64,000 nucleotides of DNA from the human T2T-CHM13v2.0 reference genome, Homo sapiens, in assembly GCF_009914755.1 (NCBI RefSeq), contig NC_060928.1, one strand, 5' to 3'. Within the stretch, counting starts at the first letter, position 1; every line of letters starts with the position of its first letter. The position numbers were made by a program, and so were the translations under genes. Below are positions 53,865 to 64,000 of this stretch, one piece after another. Under the pieces are notes generated by a model that saw only the letters and a program-made list of their open reading frames with translations, was not told where the DNA came from and made no database searches.

Positions 53865-54457
53865 TTTAAAAAAATAATTGTATATATTCATGAGGTACGT
53901 AAGGATGTTTTAATACATATAATGTGTAGTGATCAGATCATGGCAATTAGAATATCCATCATCTTAAACATTTATCACTTCTTTGGGTTGGGAACATTGA
54001 ATATCCTCATTCTTCTAGCTATTTGAATTATATATTATTGCTAACTGTAGTCATCCTACAGTGATAGAGCATGCTAGAGCTTCCTCCTCCCATCTAGCTG
54101 TAATTTTGTATCCTTTAACAAATCTCTCCCTATCCCTTCCTTCCCTTACCCTTCCCAAGCCCTAGTATTCTTTATCCTACTTTTGACTTCTATGAGATAA
54201 ACTTTATTCCCCCTACATATGAGTGAGAATATGAGGTGTTTCACTTTCTGTTCCTGGCTTATTTCATTTAACATAGTGTCCTCTAGTTCCATCTATTTTT
54301 CTGTGAATGACAGGATTTCATTCTTTTTATGGCTGAATATTAATAGTATTCCATGGTCTATAGATATCACATTTTCTTTATCCATTCAGCTGTTGTTGGA
54401 CACTTAGGTTGATTCCATAGCTTGGCTATTGTGAATAGTGCTGCAAAAAACAGGGGT
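53865..54457 (-). mobile_element. L1MA-type (L1MA2/3-like) 3' fragment
   Basis: TGTAGTGATCAGATCA...AAACATTTATCACTTCTTTG...GATTCCATAGCTTGGCTATTGTGAATAGTGCTGC. Confidence 0.75.
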
Positions 54458-54499
54458 AATAGTTCCTAATCCTGACTTTACCTTATAGTTTATTAGGGA

Positions 54500-54655
54500 A
54501 TTTATCAAAAACTCTGCCACGTAACACAGTTCTGAGGATGCTAATTCAGCGAGATGAGGGAGGATCCTGAGTTTTACTTTTAACAAGTGTCCCAGGTGAT
54601 TCTGATACTGGTCCATGGACCAGTGTATGGGAAACTCCACTTTGGAGAACATTAC
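54500..54655. mobile_element. MER5-type hAT MITE fragment
   Basis: TTTAACAAGTGTCCCAGGTGATTCTGAT...CCACTTTGGAGAACA. Confidence 0.55.
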
Positions 54656-56789
54656 TAAACAAGCAAAACCTCTTGACTCACAGCTGGTGTAATTGGGTGG
54701 TTCAGATTGTGCCTTCTAGAAACCACTAATGTTACTACATGGAGGCAAGGGGAACTCCTCCTCTCCTGTTTTTCCCTGCTTGTCTACTGAAGTGAAACAG
54801 AATTGTAAAATATGTCTCTTTGTTTGCTCCTTGTTCTTTTGTCTTAATCAGATCTATGGGGAGAATTTTTTAAAGTTATGAATGGATGTTTCTCATATTG
54901 TTCTGAAAACAGTGTTTATTTTGGAATTGGCAGCATGTTTGGTTTCTTTAAAATGCACACTGATTTCTTCTGACCAACATATGTGCCAAGTATCTTGAAT
55001 TTAAACAAATAGTTTTCCCTATAAATAACAAAACAACAACAACAAACCTTGTTTATGTGAGTTCAAATAAAGTAACTCCTCCAGAATCGTGGCAGCAGGG
55101 CAAGAATCATCCTCACCTGTGCCAGCTTATGGGCTTATTCCATATATGGGCTTATCTCTGAGGTTTAACTTAGAGTTGTCCAAGAAATAGCATGTATTCT
55201 AAATACGGCTTATTTCTGAGATTATCAAAATACCTTTCATATTTCTCTTGGCTCTAGCAAATCTCTGTCAGCTCTCTATACAGGCATGACAGTCCAGGAA
55301 TAAGAAGTTGTAAGGAGGAGAAGCCCCTCTTAGCTCTGACTTGTTCTCCATTGGCGTCTAGACCAGCCAGGCTCTGGGGAAAAAGGGGCCTGTGTGCAAA
55401 ACCACAGCCCAGGCCAGTCTTGTTCAAGAGGAGGCCATTTGTTAGTGTGGCTGTCCACAGTAAGGTCAGGATTATTTCAATGAAGGATTAAGCACACTCT
55501 TGTGGGTAGCAGACTTTAGGGGTCTATCCCATAATGATTCACTGCCCGTGAATCATAGAGTCTTAGGACACTTAAGCCCAATTCCTAGGCTTTCTCTCCC
55601 ACAGTCTCAACTGAATTAAAATCTTGCTACAAGATTTTAAGTTTGAAACCTAGGTTTGGACCAAATCTGGAGTAGTGATACAGGTGGGGGGGATGGAGTT
55701 ACAGTAGTTCTGGCATTGGCTTGATGGCTTTGCTACTTCGTGGGAAATTGAAATGTAGCTTCTTAACCCCAACACAAATCAAGGAAGAGATCAAGGCAGA
55801 GAGCCAGAGATCTTTAGGTAGAATGGTCCTTTGATACTTTAGCACTTTACCTCTCTGGGCTACCAGGTCTCTCTGAGAATGCAGTGACAGTTCAGAAACC
55901 TCTCAGCCAGTCTTACTATCAAATTGGCCTTCTCAGGAACCTGAGTATTCCAGCGGTAAGCCTGATATGACCTTTCTCCTTGAAGCAATAAGCCGTGTAT
56001 GTACATTTTCCTATCATTTTAAGGATAGGAAGAGGTCTGATTAAGATTCCTGCTCAATAGCATAGGCTAAAGTAAAACAAGTTTCTTTGAACTATTTGGT
56101 CTGGTGCCTGACTGATGGTAGATATTTAATCTTTTCTGGGGTTTAAATTTCTTAAAACAAGCCCCCCACATACTGAGAGTATTCATTGGCACTAAGAGGG
56201 GCCTCTGTAACCCAGTGAGAACCCTGATTAGGGTGAGGGGTGTTGGCACAGTGCTGGGCTGCATTCCTTCCTTTGATGAGTCCACAGAGCCCTAGTCAAC
56301 AAGTAATGTAATCAAGCACACTCTGTCTATGTGCCTCTTGGCACGCCCTGGGAAAGCACTTAATATAGTGCAGGAATTAGCCAGCCTTGCCTGGGAGCCA
56401 GCCTTGCCTACTATGTAGGCAAGGGATGTTTTATCTGACTCTTTGCTACTCTTCAGATGTATTATATAAACAAAGACTTCTTTGGTTACGCTTGAGCTCT
56501 ATTTTAGACTGGACCGTGTGTGTTTTACAGTAGAACAGCTATGTTGTACCTATTTAAAGCAGTGCAGAAGACTTGGCTGTTTCTTTTTGTCTCATAGCAC
56601 GTAAGGCAAATTTCACACAGAATAGTCATCAATTGGCAGTTGGAATAGGAATAGCTCTTGGATGGTAAATCTTGGGATGCCCAAAGGTAAAGACATTGAC
56701 ATGGCCAGGATACATGTTTGTTTTAGACGACAATCAAGACTCTAGATCCTTAAGGGACAAGAACTGTATCTGTTTATGGCAACTTTTTT

Positions 56790-61345
<4,556 letters not shown>

Positions 61346-61754
61346 TATAGCAACTGTTTTAGCAGAATATTAAGTGTATGGTACAGGAAATTCTTGATAT
61401 TCTTTGTATTGAAAATTCTTGGTTTTGTCTATGAGTGCTAGACCAGCCCATGCTCCCTTCCTCAAATCTCATTCTAATCTTTTGTTTTATTTTTAATCCA
61501 GCATATTGTACAATTTAAGTATTTATATTTTTAATCACATCACGTGTCTAATCATAGATCATGTAATAAGTGAGAGGACAAAGGAAGAAAGTGTTATTGA
61601 TATAGAGTACCATTAACCAACTTTGTGTGTATATGTGTACCTCTAGAATAGATTTATTTTGTTTTAGTCAGTTTTTGTTCCAATTACAAGCAGATTAGTG
61701 GAACCTTGATGTGATAGCCTGAAGATAATGAAGTCACTCAGAATAAGCCCCAAC

Positions 61755-62525
61755 CATTTATTCATTTGTGAATTTAGAAAATATTTATTAAGCCTCTAGT
61801 ATGTGCCCAGCTTTGTACTAGGCACCAGGATAGAACTTTGATGCTCTTGTTCTTTAGTCTAGTGAACCAGACATATGTAATCCTATGTTCATGGAAACAA
61901 GAATCTTAATAATGGAGACATGATTCAAAAAACAATTATTAAAGACAATGGGTAAGGAATGGGTGGGGGTGGGGTGAGCTGGGGAGAGAAAGAGAGGAAT
62001 GAAGAACATATTGGAGGAACTGGAAGGATTTCAGAATGGCCTGAATGTGGAGTGGGAGGAGCAGGGATGGTAAGACATGAGCCTAAAACGATAATCCTAG
62101 GCTTGCTAATGAAGGATTGAAGCCCTTTTAAGGGCTTTAGACTCTATCTCATGGAAATAGGAATTACTGTAGAGTTTTGCTCTGGGGAGAGATGTGATTA
62201 GATTTGTGGGTTTATAAAGATATCAGTGTTCTGGCCATAGCCTGGATAACAGATTGGATGGGACAAGAGTGAATGATAGTGGTGTTAACCAAGAGGTAGC
62301 ACTGGGGTGGAGAAGAGGAGGGATTTGGGAGATATTTAAGAAGTAAGGTCATTAAGACTTGGTAGATAATTGAAGAGGAATCAAGGATGACTTTCAGTTC
62401 TGGACTTGGGCCAACTGGGTGAATAGTGATACCATTTACAAACAAACAAACAAACAAACAAACAACAACAACAACAACAAAATGGAACACAGGAAGAGGA
62501 TCGTTTAGAGGAAGGATGATGAAGT
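61755..62525 (-). mobile_element. L2 fragment containing an (AAAC)n(AAC)n microsatellite (~62438-62480)
   Basis: AAATATTTATTAAGCCTCTAGTATGTGCC...GATTTGGGAGATATTTAAGAAGTA...GAGGAATCAAGGATGACT; boundaries approximate. Confidence 0.7.
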
Positions 62526-62528
62526 AAG

Positions 62529-64000
<1,472 letters not shown>

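Overview
This is human-lineage genomic DNA, and the only host coding sequence I can support is a 32-bp internal exon at 801-832 (+). It encodes (G)ACVYQDSLLA, which I recognise as FRAS1 exon 2, so the rest of the window is the start of the long FRAS1 intron 2. That intron holds Alus and Alu monomers, MIR/L2, MER DNA transposons and MaLR LTRs, including a complete THE1 element nested in an MLT1B-like LTR. It also holds five primate L1s: a 5'-truncated L1PA3/4 (+); a full-length human-specific L1HS Ta-0 (+; ORF1 and ORF0 open, ORF2 broken four times); a full-length L1PA4/5 (-) lying tail-to-tail about 1 kb away; an internally deleted L1PA6-8 (-); and an L1PA3/4 (-) running off the end. I see no new gene system. 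The most unusual signals are: (1) a ~6-kb-armed L1 inverted repeat in which a short patch of the L1HS, including an ORF2 stop codon, matches the mirror position of its neighbour; (2) rare variants shared among neighbouring L1 copies, which could reflect local gene conversion or assembly cross-talk; (3) an extended ORF0 that reaches an L1 antisense-promoter splice donor in phase with the next FRAS1 exon; (4) a 78-bp inverted templated insertion inside a MER44A. Subfamily calls and comparisons with consensus sequences are from memory and by eye, and need RepeatMasker/Dfam confirmation.
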